DNA of 64,000 nucleotides, from NCBI GenBank assembly GCA_010909165.1, contig MU008155.1:248001-312000 (forward strand). The letters run 5' to 3'. Below are positions 33,324 through 45,340 of this stretch, piece by piece. Under the pieces are notes generated by a model. The model searched no databases. It worked only from the letters and a program-made list of their open reading frames with translations, and was not told the origin of the DNA. Each line of letters opens with the position of its first letter. Within the stretch, counting starts at the first letter, position 1. The position numbers and the translations under genes were made by a program. Source of the stretch: Anthoceros angustus (Eukaryota; Plantae; Anthocerotophyta).

Positions 33324-35777
33324 TGGTGCTGGGGGGATGCCGGAGCCCTGATGGGCGATGGGTGATTTTGTTCATAGACTACGTTTTTTCTTTTTCTTTG
33401 TAAAGGAAAGTCAGCTTGTATAGAGAGGGGACGGTTGCGTTGTTGCCGTGGGTTAGGTTGGGCTGGGTTGGGCAATCGGGCTTGTATTGAATGACTGCGT
33501 CTTGGGCAGGCTGCATGTGAGCCGATGTATGGGATGCATGTGGCAGTGGTGGAGCCAGGAGGTGCCAGGGAGTCAGCTCGAGGTGCCAGCTTGCAGCACG
33601 CAGGACGTGGAAATGAATTTGCTGTCCTGGCCCTGCCCTGCCCTGCTCTGCCGGGTGGGCTGGCAGTTTGGATCCATCCCCCAGCCAGCAACCCAGTGGC
33701 GGTGACAGTTTGAACTGGTGGAGCGGACCGTTGGCAAGGTGGACACAGCAGGGGGCCCCCCCACTGGGGCGCGGCCCCGGCCTCGAGAGGCTGGCTGGCT
33801 GGCTGGCTGGGGGTGGCCCCGGCCCCACAAGCACCCACTGAAGGGCAGGCAGGCAGGCAAGCATGAGCGGCCGTGGAAGCTGAACATGGGGTGGAATGTA
33901 GCTCGGCTTCCTTCCTTCACTGTGCGCCTGCCTGGTTGTATAATTATAACGATGAGCTTGCTTGAAGAGGGAGCGCCTGCCTGGTTGTATAATTATAACG
34001 ATGAGCTTGCTTGAAGAGGGATCTGCTGATCAGAGGTTAGGGCAGGAGATGCACAGGTGTCGGGGCAGGAGCTGCACAGGGAAGGGAAGGTTGAAGGAAG
34101 ATGTGCATGGAAAGCTTGCAGTTACTTGCATTGCAGCTCAAGGTTGTTATGATGCTGTCCTTGCAGTAGTCGTGGGCAGGGAGGTAGGTGTCCTCTAGGG
34201 TTCTGCAGGTCTGGACTAGGTAATAACAGCAGCGGCTGGTTGTGGGCATTGTAGTAGGTGAGGGATGCAGTGAGAGGGACTAAAGGTAAAGAGACTCCTG
34301 ACCAACAAATTGCCACACACACGCTGCTTGGAAGGACTGGAAGCTGGAACAGTCCAGCCCCGGCCGACCCGAGCTGGGAGTCCAACTGCAAAATTGATGG
34401 CAGCTTACTGTGCGCTCCCCAACCAGAAAATAGATGGAAAGCAGGGCAGCCGAGCCATTTATGACCTCCCACCCACTCCGCTCCACTCCTAACGACACCC
34501 GGTCACACGGCCATTCCTAACATCCGCCTGCGTCCTCCATGGAACAAACTGATTAAGGGTGGAGAGCTCGATGTCCTCCATTTCCCGTAGTTGGTGATGT
34601 GCTTGTCGCGGTCGCGGTCATGGTCGACTGGTGGAGTCGTCGTTGGTGTAGACGCTCGCCAGCTTTGAGTGCTTTGTTTGAATCATAGCCATCTCCTCCT
34701 TCAAAAACTTCGTCCCTGCAGCTCGCTTGCAGCAGGCCCTGGCCCATGCTGTTTGCTTCTGCCTTGGTTTCCTCGCCCGCATCTGCATCAAGCCGACTCG
34801 CAGATTCACGTCTTCATGTAGTCTCGTCTCGGACTCCCAGCTGCCTCGTGTGGAAGTCGTCTCGTCTCGTCTCGTATTCTGGGTTCCTCTCTCTCTCATC
34901 AACATTGTTAGCTGTGCAAGTGTGCATTCCGATTCCCGCAGACTTGACGCTGCTGCCTTTGCCTTTGCCTTTGCTTTGCCTCGGCCTTGCCTTGCCTTTG
35001 CCTTTGCCCTGCCCTTCTCCGCCGGGTCGGGCCGGGCCGGGCCCTCGTCCGATTCTCCCTTGCCTGTCTGCCTGCCTTCTTCCTTCCTCCCTCGCTTACT
35101 TGCTCCCCTGCTTTTTCCGCCTCTTTCCACACTCGCTGCCGCTGCCACTTCTGTCTGCTGTCTGCGCGCACGCCTGGCCTGGCTGCCCTCAAAGACGCGC
35201 TCTTCTCCGCGTCTGCCTTTTGCTCTTAATTCTGCTGGACCACCAATGCAGCACGCGCTGTACCTCAGGGCCCCTGCTCCCGCTCGCTCACCTCCAGATC
35301 TGACCTCGCTGCCCCCCCGCCGCCTGCATTGCCTCTCCGCCTCCATGAATCTTTTCGCAGCCCGCTCCCGCTGCCTCTGGCTCACACAGCTGCCTCCTGC
35401 TTCTGCTCGCCTGGAGCTGCAAATTAGCGCTCAAGAATGCTGGCCAGCGGACACATTTTTTGAACTACGCTGCTGTTCCTGCTGCTGCTCTCTCTCAGAC
35501 TGCTGCTTCCCTCAACCTTCTGCTTCTTTGCGCTCAAGTCCGTAGGACATCGAAATATTTCCTCCCAGGCTCGGGCTCAGCGTTGCTCGCAGGTTCAAAT
35601 CTGACAAATGCGCTGTACCCGCACAGCAACCAAGAAAGGGTGGAGCGGGAGTCCTCCCTTCTGGATCTGCCACTCATCGAAGCGAGTCCTGGACCTGGAA
35701 CTGCAACTGCGACAGGGCGGCTTCAGGCTTGAGCAGCGAAGGAGCAGGAGAGGGAGGGACGACTGCCAGCGCTGGGG

Positions 35778-38223
35778 ATGGATGCAGCGGTTAAAACTGT
35801 GAGATCAGGCTGGGCTGCTGCTGCTTCTCCCGCGGCCTCCACTTCGCATCATCACAGGCTACAGGAGCTGCCAACGCCGGCGCCTTCGCTAAGAAGCAAG
35901 GAGATTCCGCACTTTCTGACCCCGGCCCCGGGCCAGCTATCCACGTCTTCCAGACATAGGACCTGGGTTGGAGATGGACGACTGCAGCAGGACTGCACCT
36001 CCCCGCAGGTTTGTGCCTGCACTTGCTCTTCAGCTGATTACAGGCTCGGGAACTGGTTAGAACACGATCTCGGCGCCAGCTTCTCGCCATTTTCTCGACA
36101 CCGGCACCACACATGTTCTCCATGCCTTCCAGGCAGATGCAGGCCAGATCTCTTCTCCAATTCAGCCTCCACTGATGGCTACGTCTCACACAACCGGACG
36201 CAACAAGAGCTCAAGACACCAGCCAACCGCGTTGCCCCAGCTCGTGAGGTGGTCAAGGATGCGCCTCCTCCTCGGGCTTACACTGGCAAGGTCAATGGGA
36301 CCAGCAACAGCAAGGCTGATCAGCAGCTGCACAATGGAGGTCCTGGACTGCACGCCGGTGCCGGAAGCTACGCAGGCGGCATCATTCCTCCTCCCTCGCC
36401 ACAAGCGCAGAAGCCTCTCACCAATTTTCTTGCCACTCTAGCCACTGTCATACTGGCCGTGGAAAAGCAGAGACGGGCAGATGAGGCAGCCCGGAGGACA
36501 CAGGTCTCTATCGATTCCTTGCGAAGGGGTCGTCTGGTGGATAACGACCTTGTCTATCGACAGCAGTTTGTCATACGATCTTACGAGGTCTCCTATGACA
36601 GAACTGCTTCTATCGAGACCCTGACCAACCTGTTTCAGGTGTGATATCATGCCTGTACCTGTAGAAGCTGTACTAAGATGTTGGCCTTTCTACACTCATT
36701 CATGACATGTAAGTGTCACGTTTATCAGCATGTATGTCAAATCTCATGCTCCTGCTAAGTGGAGTGGTTGTGGAAATGTATGGAAATCGCCCTTCTCTGC
36801 AGGAAACAGCCTTGAATCATGTAGGAATGTCGGACTTTGTTGGGGATGGAATGGGCACAACTCATGCCATGATGCGCCACAGGTTGATATGGGTCGTTAC
36901 CAGGATGCACATCGAGGTTGATCGCTATCCTGTATGGTAAGTGTTCTGCCAAGCCAAATGTTTCAGCCTTCTTTTTTTTATCTTTGGAATTGTGGCGTGT
37001 GGAATTTTATCTTTAAGTTGAAGCTTTGGAGTTGACGGTGGGCTCTCCAACTTATGCAGGGGGGATGTCGTTGAGATTGATTCATGGGTTTGTGGAGCTG
37101 GCAAGAATGGTATGCGTCGTGATTTTCTTGTCAGCGATTACGCAACCGGCAACATTCTAGCTCGCGCAACCAGGTACTTGAGCTGTTCCCGCTCTGTCTT
37201 ATCTTGTGCACGAGCTCCAGCAACAGGCGAGGTTTTCGTTTCTTCTCGTGCTATCACGTGCCTACCACGTCCCTGAAAAATCTGAGAGAGTACCTGAGAT
37301 TTTGATGTGGCTGAGCCGGTGAACACAGTACCTGGGTCATGATGAATCAAGACACGAGAAGACTATCAAAGATGCCAGACGATGTTAGGGCTGAGATTTC
37401 CCCCTACTTCCTGGATCGATCAGTGCTGGAAGATAAGCCAACACAGAAAATTCCCAAGCTGGACGACTCTGCACCATACATACGCTCTGATCTTGTGGTG
37501 AGCTTGTTTCGAAACACTTCAAATTTCCGCTCCTTGGCTTGGATGATACAACGAAGTGAGGTTTTCCCCTCACTCGATGGCCGTTCTACTTGTATGCAGC
37601 CACGTCTAAATGACATGGATATGAATCAGCATGTGAACAACGTCAAGTACATCGGATGGGTTCTTGAGGTGATGGCCCTTTGTCTAGAGACCAGTGAGTG
37701 GTTGTGGATTGTATACATTGTTGTGTGTTTGTGTGGCTGACTGGCACACTGAATCGTTGTGGTGCAGAGTGTCCCGCAATCTCTCCTGGTGGCACATGAG
37801 TTGACCAGCATGATTCTGGAATACAGGCGAGAATGCAGCCACTCAGATGTTGTTCAGTCCATGACATGCCCTGAACCAGAGCCATCTTCCACATCGCAGC
37901 GTCCTGGCACTTCTGGAACAAATGGGGCTTTAAATGGTTCGGCAAATGGGGCTTTGAACGGTTCGGCAAATGGGGCTTTGACTGGTTCGGCAAATGGGTC
38001 TTTGAATGGTTCGGCAAACGGGTCTGCAAATGGTTCTGTGAACGGTTGTGCCAAGGGTTCAACCAATGGTTCAGTAAATGGCCACAAGTCCAGCTTGCCC
38101 AGTCAACCATCCAGAAGCTCGGGCCATGTGCAGTATACTCACCTTCTACGCATGCAGTCTGATCTTTCAGAAATTGTGCGAGGAAGAACAGTCTGGAGAC
38201 TCAAGGGACGCTACATTCAGTAG
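35778..38223 (+). CDS. FATB: Plastid acyl-ACP thioesterase, FATB-like (multi-exon)
   Basis: FLATLATVILAVEKQ, YRQQFVIRSYEV, ETALNHV, IWVVTRMHIEVDRYP, TWVMMNQDTRRL, catalytic DMNQHVNNVKYIGWVLE, LEYRREC and EIVRGRTVW. Confidence 0.92.
37921..38082 (+). repeat. In-frame 24-nt tandem repeat encoding NGALNGSA-type octapeptides inside FATB
   Basis: AATGGGGCTTTAAATGGTTCGGCA-like units, about 6-7 copies decaying rightwards. Confidence 0.9.
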
Positions 38224-38763
38224 CAAGCGCATGACTAGTCTTCCAGATAAAAGCTGCTCTGTCCTCAGCAACAGGCTGCTCTTCCCATCAGCTGTCAGTA
38301 TTTTTCCTGACTCTCTTGACAGTGTAAGGCATGGCGCTCAACTCTCCTTGAACCCCCGATTTAATGGTCAACTTATAACAAGTGCTCTTGCTCCGAATCA
38401 GTGGTACCTGCTACCACACTTTAGCAGTTGTTGCTGCTGCTCTTATTTACACAACTCAACTCTGTACAGACCCGCATACGTCGGGTAATAAACTTGACGG
38501 CCTTCCCTCGCTTGCCGGAATTTGTGTCAATTTGTCAAGGTGACTCTGCTCCATGGATTCTGCCTCTGCCTGAGTCAGGCGAGAGATACCAGATCAACAC
38601 CCGCCATCAACGAACTTTGTTCAGACGTACAGGATATATGTATCTAGGTTCAACATACCAAACTGGAAAGTGCATTATTTGCCAACGACAGCGTCGTCTA
38701 GCATACAATACCTATGGTGATCTCAATCTCGTTCGGAAAGAGTTACTGATCGTTCTTTTTTCC

Positions 38764-39732
38764 ATGGATGCGGAAGAAAAGCTTCCCGCAATTCCTGAGC
38801 AACGGACAGTCTTTCTGGTAACATGCTTTCTTTCGTTGTGCCGCTGCGAGATCTGTTGTTCTTTCCACAGGCAATTCCAAGACTTAATGCTCGGGGTTGG
38901 TGTTTTAGGTGAACACATACGTTGTGCATACCGTGCAGCTTTTGAACAAGTTCTCAGCAATCTGCGAGCAGAAGCTTGCCGAAGTTCATAGGTATGTCGA
39001 GCTACTCATCCAAGGTTGCCCTGGTACCATGGCTTTAATGAGGCGTGGTTGCGGCTGCTTGATCTGCTGCAGAAGGGTTCAGAGGCTGGATGCCACCGTC
39101 ACACTTTTAGAGGCCAAGCTGAGAAGTGCTGAGGACGCTGATGGACCAGGCCAGGCATCTGCCCTTGACGTTACCACGCTGGCTGGTATCGGTCATGGAC
39201 CGGAGCAGCCTCTGGAGTCAGCTGAGGATGCTAGTCTCCATCTTGGGTAGTTTCGACACATGCCACTGCTGCAGCTGCGGCCTCAGGAAGCAATTAACAA
39301 TATTTCCTTCTTTGTATGGCAGTGTGAAAGGCAGTCAGCAAGACGTAGTGGCCAGTCCATCGGCGTCATCGAGTGCATCAGAGCGGCATTCCCGTCCTAA
39401 GGTTAACCTGACCGACCTCACGCGGGCAGCTGATGGGGTTTTAGGGTTGCTTATTTCGTTTGTTGCTGGTGTGCTGGTGGACAGATGAAGGACGACCCAT
39501 CCTACTCACGATTTTTCAGAATGCTGCAAGTTGGGGTTCCTGAAAGGGTCAGTATGTGGACTGTGCGCAGCCTCACTTGCTTACAGGTGGAATACGAGGT
39601 TTCGTGGTTTGTTCAAGAGCTCTGATAGTTGCGTGCTTGCCGTTGTAGGCTGTGAAGTTGCAGATGTCAGCAGAGGGCTTCGAACCGTCGCTATTAGACG
39701 CCCCCGATGCCCTCTCACCAGGTGCTGTCTAG
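38764..39732 (+). CDS. WASHC3: WASH complex subunit 3 (CCDC53) homolog, about 5-6 short exons
   Basis: Spliced reading: MDAEEKLPAIPEQRTVFL|VNTYVVHTVQLLNKFSAICEQKLAEVHR|RVQRLDATVTLLEAKLRS...MKDDPSYSRFFRMLQVGVPER|AVKLQMSAEGFEPSLLDAPD. Matches both CCDC53 conserved blocks as I recall them. Confidence 0.85.
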
Positions 39733-40389
39733 AAGGTTGTAATGAGAAGCTAGGAAACACGTAGCCGGTGGGGAAACGCGTCAAATTACTATCACACGGA
39801 CCTGCTCTCCGTTGTATCAGTAAAATGGAGCCCTAGGGTTGGACGGAAGAGGATCTCGGAAATTGTGAGAGTTCGAGGCGAAAGTATCATTTGGAGAAGG
39901 AAGAAATGAAGGTCTGCTACACATATATCAATTCAACTAGCTTGTCTCCATCTCTGCCAGCTCCTCTCTCACTTCCAATTGCAGTGCCGTACACGTCACT
40001 TCATGTACTTTGTTTTGTGCGAGTTGTGTGTCCGGCCCTGCCATCGGCCATGGCACTGTACACGTCTACGTTTACAGCCGGCATTATGATAACAACGAAC
40101 GATGATGAGGAAGGACATTGACCCGTATCCCGTATACCGGCATCTAACAACCACGGGTGTTGGACGTTGGAGCTGTGATTGTCCAGACTGTTTTTATCAA
40201 TCCACTACTTGGAGACAGATCCATCTACTGATTCAGGTTAGTTAGGTGCAACTAGATTGTACTCCACATATGGCAGGTCGCAAGATTGAGCCCTCAGCCT
40301 TGTGCTCAGATTGGTAGATGCCCCCGTGAACAGGTATGCGGCAGCTGCGAGTCCAGGTTGAATTCCTTGCTCGTGCGTGGAATAGGCCC

Positions 40390-40740
40390 AAGTTTTTTGA
40401 GATATCGTGAATTCAAAATGTTCATCGCAAATTGAAATGATCAACTGTTCAATACCTCTCGGACACTCCAATACCGGGATTCGAAAACGATCTTCTGTAG
40501 GTCTTTTTTATCTCAGCCCTCATTCGCTCCTTTTGTTATTCGATAGTTATAGGTTTGTAACCAACCCCTTCCTTAGTCGGAACCACATATGCAAGTTTCG
40601 TTGCGTGTGGTTCGTCTATTCCTCAAAAAAAAATGGTTCGTCTATTCCTCAACAGAAAAATGTTTATCACGAATTGAACTGATCAATTCATCTCGTACAT
40701 CCTGATACTGGGATTTGAATCCCCTTTTACAATACAATCT
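40390..40740 (-). other. Organelle-like insertion carrying group II intron domain V/VI
   Basis: Minus strand 40613-40580 GAACCACACGCAACGAAACTTGCATATGTGGTTC is a 34-nt DV-like hairpin with GAAA loop, followed by a DVI-like stem ending ...CTATAAC. The context is AT-rich. Confidence 0.55.
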
Positions 40741-41099
40741 TCAAATGCTGTATAGCACACACAGGTGAATGGTCAGTGCACACTTCTTTTGTTTGACAAG
40801 CAAACACGAGAAATTTTGAAGGGGGGAATATCCTCGATGGGGGTTTTTTGTGAATAAGCGCTGAAGGGGGTTGGTAATGGGTCTAAAAGCAGCGGTTTCA
40901 GATATTGTGTGGAAACTAGAGGGGAAAAAAGGGTTTGGCCCATAGATCATACCACTTTTCCGCAGTACATCTCGCCGCCGAAGGGTCTCCCTATTCCCAG
41001 ACCCGTTTGTTTCGGCCAAAACAAGACCCACAATGCACACCCTGTTTGCCGGTCGAGCAATACTGTTTTCTGTCATCTGCAAATCCAACGCCACTATGG

Positions 41100-43530
41100 A
41101 AGGGTATTGCAATCTCGCGGACAGGTTCAATCCATCATACATATTCGTGGGGAACAAAATTTCGTTTATCGTGCAGGTTTAATTTGTGATCCTTCACACT
41201 TTACCGGTACAGGATGAAAACAAGGGAGGGGGCGCCGGCTGATCGGCGCCCTTGCGCCTCTGTACAAGGGTACATTCAACATGTTTGCTATCCGCTTGGC
41301 CACCACTTCCTGGAGAATGACATAGAACAAGTCCCTGCAGTGGGGGAGTCATGTTGCATGTCGTGGTGTTTGAGACAAATTGTGTAAACTGCATATCTCA
41401 CGCAACATAATCACAGGACATAGTCCATCAATATTCACCAAAAGCAGTGGTACGTGTAACTCAATAAAATTTTCTTCAATTTGAACTCTAGTTATGTCGT
41501 CTGACAAGACCAAGAGAGGGTGGCCACCCTAGAGCCATCGAACTCGGTTTGGTTCTAGAGGATGGGCACAAGGGACAAATGAAGTGGGGACACACAAAAG
41601 AAGTCTCGTGTCGATCTATCCACCTTACAAGCTAAAATGAAGGCGGTTGGGCACGGCACCCATGACCGGGAAACCTTAACTCAGATACCCTCAACCGGCT
41701 GCTCCATACTACCCCTAACGACAATGGTTCAGTGGTCTTCTTCTGGACTCACATGAGTCCTCCGTAGTTCACGCCGTCATCACTTGGCTCAACAACATTA
41801 TCATATCGCTATCTTTTGCGATACTTTGACCGGGTTGGTCAGTATGAATCCTCGCAACTCGCTCAATTTGTCCCTGATCACCTTTTTGTACAAAAGGTCT
41901 TTGGTACGGGCACACCACCAACTTGTCTTGAGACATGTACACCTGCTTTTTCACCACAGTGTCATGTGCAATGACGGATCGTCCATTGTTAAAAGTCCCC
42001 TATGTAATATTGGGCGTCATAGCCGCCCTGGCTTCGAGCTGCCTTCCTTCACGCACCAGGCCACCGTTATGTACTCCACTGTCTCAAATCCACCCCTGTC
42101 ATTACTCATGTTCGTTTTGTCCCAAACGAAGGATACCATACCACCCTTGCCACATAATCCCCGCATGCACTCTCTCACGAGGTGAGCTTCTTCCACTCCG
42201 TGCATGACAATGAGCCTGAATTCGTCCGCCGCTCTTGGAAGCTTTGGAAAATCAGCTCATGCCCTCATCCAACCTATCCATGGGACCAATGTCAAAGCCT
42301 CTTGGGACATCCATAACCGAAGGGTATTGCAATCTAGCGTTCAATCCATCATACATATTCGTGGGGAACAAAATTTCGTTTATCGTGCAGGTTTAATTTG
42401 TGATCCTTCACACTTTACCTGAGGATGAAAACAAGGGAGGGCGCCGGTCTTTCACCTCTAAGGGTACATTCAACATGTTTGCTATCCGCTTGGCCACCAC
42501 TTCCTGGAGAATGACATAGAACAAGTCCCTGCAGTGGGGGAGTCATGTTGCATGTCGTGGTGTTTGAGACAAATTGTGTAAACTGCATATCTCACGCAAC
42601 ATAATCACAGGACATAGTCCATCAATATTCAGCCAAAAACAGGTGGTACGTGCAACGGTCATTGCAGCTTCTTCAATTTGAACTCTAGTTATGTACGTAC
42701 AGCGACAAGACCAAGAGGGGGCGCCGGCTGACCGGCACCCTAGAGCCATCGAACTCGGTTTGGTTCTAGAGGATGGGCACAAGGGACAAATGAAGTGGGG
42801 ACACACAAAAGAAGTCTCTGACTGGCTGTCAGTCTATCCACCTTACAAGCTAAAATGAAGGCAGTTGGGCACCGGCACCCATGACCTGGGAAACCCTAAC
42901 TGCATACCCTCAACCGGTGCCGTTCCATACTACCCCTAACGACAATGGTTCAGGCTGGTCTTCCTGGACTCCACAGCTAGTCCTCCCCAGAGTTCACGCC
43001 TTCGTCATCACTTGGCTCAGCGTCAACAACATTGTTATCGCTATCTTTTGCGATACTTTGACTGGCTGGCTGTATGAATCCTCGCAACTCGCTCAATTTG
43101 TCCCTGATCACCTTTTTGTACAAAAGGTCTTTGGTACGGGCACACCACCAACTTGTCTTGAGACATGTACACCTGCTTTTTCACCACAGTGTCATGTGCA
43201 ATGACGGATCGTCCATTGTTAAAAGTCCCTATGTAATATTGGGCGTCATAGCATGCTTGCCTTCCTTCACGCACCAAGCAGTTATGTACTCCTTTTGTCT
43301 CAAATCCACCCTGTCATTACTCATGTTTGTTTTGTCCCAAGCGAAGGATACCATTCCACCCTTGCCACATAATCCCCATGCACTCTCTCACGAGGTGAGC
43401 TTCTTCCACTCCGTGCATGAGCTGAATTCTTCATGTCGTCTTCTCTTGGAAGCTTTGGAAAAGCGTGCTCATGCCCTCATCCATCTATCCATGGGACCAA
43501 TGTCAAAGCCTCTTGGGACATCCATAACGA
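41100..43530. repeat. Tandem duplication, unit about 1.22 kb (41100-42319 / 42320-43530)
   Basis: Co-linear repeat of AGGGTATTGCAATC...GGGACATCCATAAC. The junction falls at the MTase DVPRG motif. Confidence 0.85.
41750..42320 (-). pseudogene. N6-adenine/N4-cytosine DNA methyltransferase fragment, copy A (5'-truncated duplicate of copy B)
   Basis: VMDVPRGFDIGPMD, LIVMHGVEEAHLVRECMR, VSFVWDKTNMSNDRGGFETVEYITVAW and VVCPYQRP. Confidence 0.6.
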
Positions 43531-43900
43531 GAAGGTATAAGCCCGTGTCAAGGAACGCATCTCCATAATGTTTCTTTTTCCACTTGATAGTAACATTCTT
43601 TCTCGCACTCGGAACAATGTGAAATGCCCTTCTCTCAAATCTGTCATTGCACGCCGCTCATCCTCAAGACTCTTCCAGCTTGTTAATCTCAAATATAAAG
43701 TTCTTGAAATCCTCGCAACTTTTGCAAATTCTCCACATCCTTTATGCCTGTCAAGAAAAACGTTAGAGCAGGACACCATTCCTATTGTATTCCACAACAA
43801 GGAGACGTTGCGAGGAGGGTGAAGGTCAGACCGCACGGCCCACGCCGCCATCGTGGTTCAGCCATGCCCCAACACGAGGGGCGGCCCGCCGGCCACTGGT
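42977..43900 (-). pseudogene. Beta-class amino-methyltransferase domain, copy B
   Basis: LLVMDVPRGFDIGPMD, MVSFAWDKTNMSND, EYIT.W, CPYQRP, then LYKKVIRDKL in a shifted frame. The motif X/I segment is missing. Confidence 0.62.
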
Positions 43901-44499
43901 GGTAGAGCAGGTCGGCCTACAGCGCCGGCCACCGCGCCCGTGACATGTGCAGCCGCATCCAAACAATCGAGTGGGAGGCCACGCACGGCCCCCACTATTC
44001 CTTCTTTAGACGTGAGCCGCCACCGCCCTAAGCAAAAACTAAAGTAAAACATTGTTAGGGTTTGGATCTCACCTTCCCAAAGAAAAGCCGCTTTGAAACC
44101 GAGCAATCATGTCGTCTGCTGAGTGTAGAGGATATTCCTTCCTCACTTCCTCGAAGATGAGCATCCAAATGTTTAGCCATGGCCACTTGATAATATGCGC
44201 TTTCTTGAAGTAATTTCGCCTCCATTCCTTTGAGATCGAGGATGCTCGCCAATACCTTCCTTGTTGTGAACAAGAATCGTTGTCCACATTCATCGTATAC
44301 CCCGGAATGATTTCGTGGTTTCATGAGCATGTCTTTCGCTTGAAATACACTGCTTCATGCTTGGGATCATATGACTTTCCTTTCCTTCCCTTTTTCTTGG
44401 TGCCGCAGTATGTGCTTCTTCCGCCTGTGTAACGCCCGCTTCCCACTTTGAAAAGATCTTATCAATATTATCCCATACCTTGCCCTCACCTTGAGATGC

Positions 44500-45340
44500 A
44501 CAATATGTGTGTCACATTATCCACTTTGTTACCTTGTACGTAATCTTCGTGACCTTCATCATCTTCAATTAATCCAAGAACCTTATAAGATTGAACTTCC
44601 ATGACATGGTCATCACACTCCATCCGGCCGCAATAAGAAGCTCATCCGTAAATATCTTACACTGTTCAATAAAAGACATTTTCTTCATCGGACATTGTGT
44701 TATGGTCGGTTGCAAGAACTCTCATCTCGGCACCGTAAGCCCCGGTATACATGCGCTTCAAAGCAGGACTTCCCGAACAATATCAGTGCTTCATAGCGAC
44801 ATATGTGTGGTTCCCCCAAGTACACCCATAATATATTTCTTGGCCACGAATTTCTTGGTCCAACTTGCTAATATCGTTGCACTCCCGGGGTCATCATGAT
44901 GGCGGAATGCCTTCTTCAATCCTTCCCTTCAAAATAACTCGGGCTAAGTAGTTTGCCCTCGTCCACCCTCTGATTTGGGCATCTGGTGTAATATAAGATG
45001 CGGGCTTCAAATTCTCAAGCTTTACCAATACTGTCTCCGGAACAACTTTCTTTGAATATGCAGAGTCCCTGATTCTTGTCAATGGGTCTGATTCCCGAAT
45101 GGCATCTTCAAGTCTTTCCTCATCTGTCCGCACATGGACAGTCGCTATGTTATCCTGATGGGCTTCACTCCCTGTATCCTTCTTGGACTTTTTCTTTCTC
45201 TTTGTGGAGCCTCGCTCTGTGATGGTACTATGACTGTTGCCGTTCCCACCATGCCTTCCTTTCCCACTCGAGTCCCCTGTCTCCATACCCTCGGATCTGG
45301 CGGATACTGCAGGGCCTTCAATGGGACCTCTCGCCCACAC
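44500..45340 (-). pseudogene. ParB/Srx-like domain upstream of, and co-oriented with, MTase copy B
   Basis: VLVKLENLKPASY...QIRG; GVLGG plus NHTYVAMK joined across a one-G homopolymer frameshift; then AHVYRGL, EMRVLATDHN and MSFIEQCK. Preceded by acidic and basic (KRKKKSKK) tracts. Confidence 0.55.

Noticed and set aside
33922-34021. Approximately 49-bp direct duplication (GCGCCTGCCTGGTTGTATAATTATAACGATGAGCTTGCTTGAAGAGGGA x2)
   Set aside because: Simple local tandem duplication in intergenic DNA with no further structure.
34618-35545. 255-272 aa ORFs on both strands upstream of FATB
   Set aside because: Low-complexity, microsatellite-rich (CCTTTG, CT-rich) 5' UTR/promoter sequence with no domain signal.
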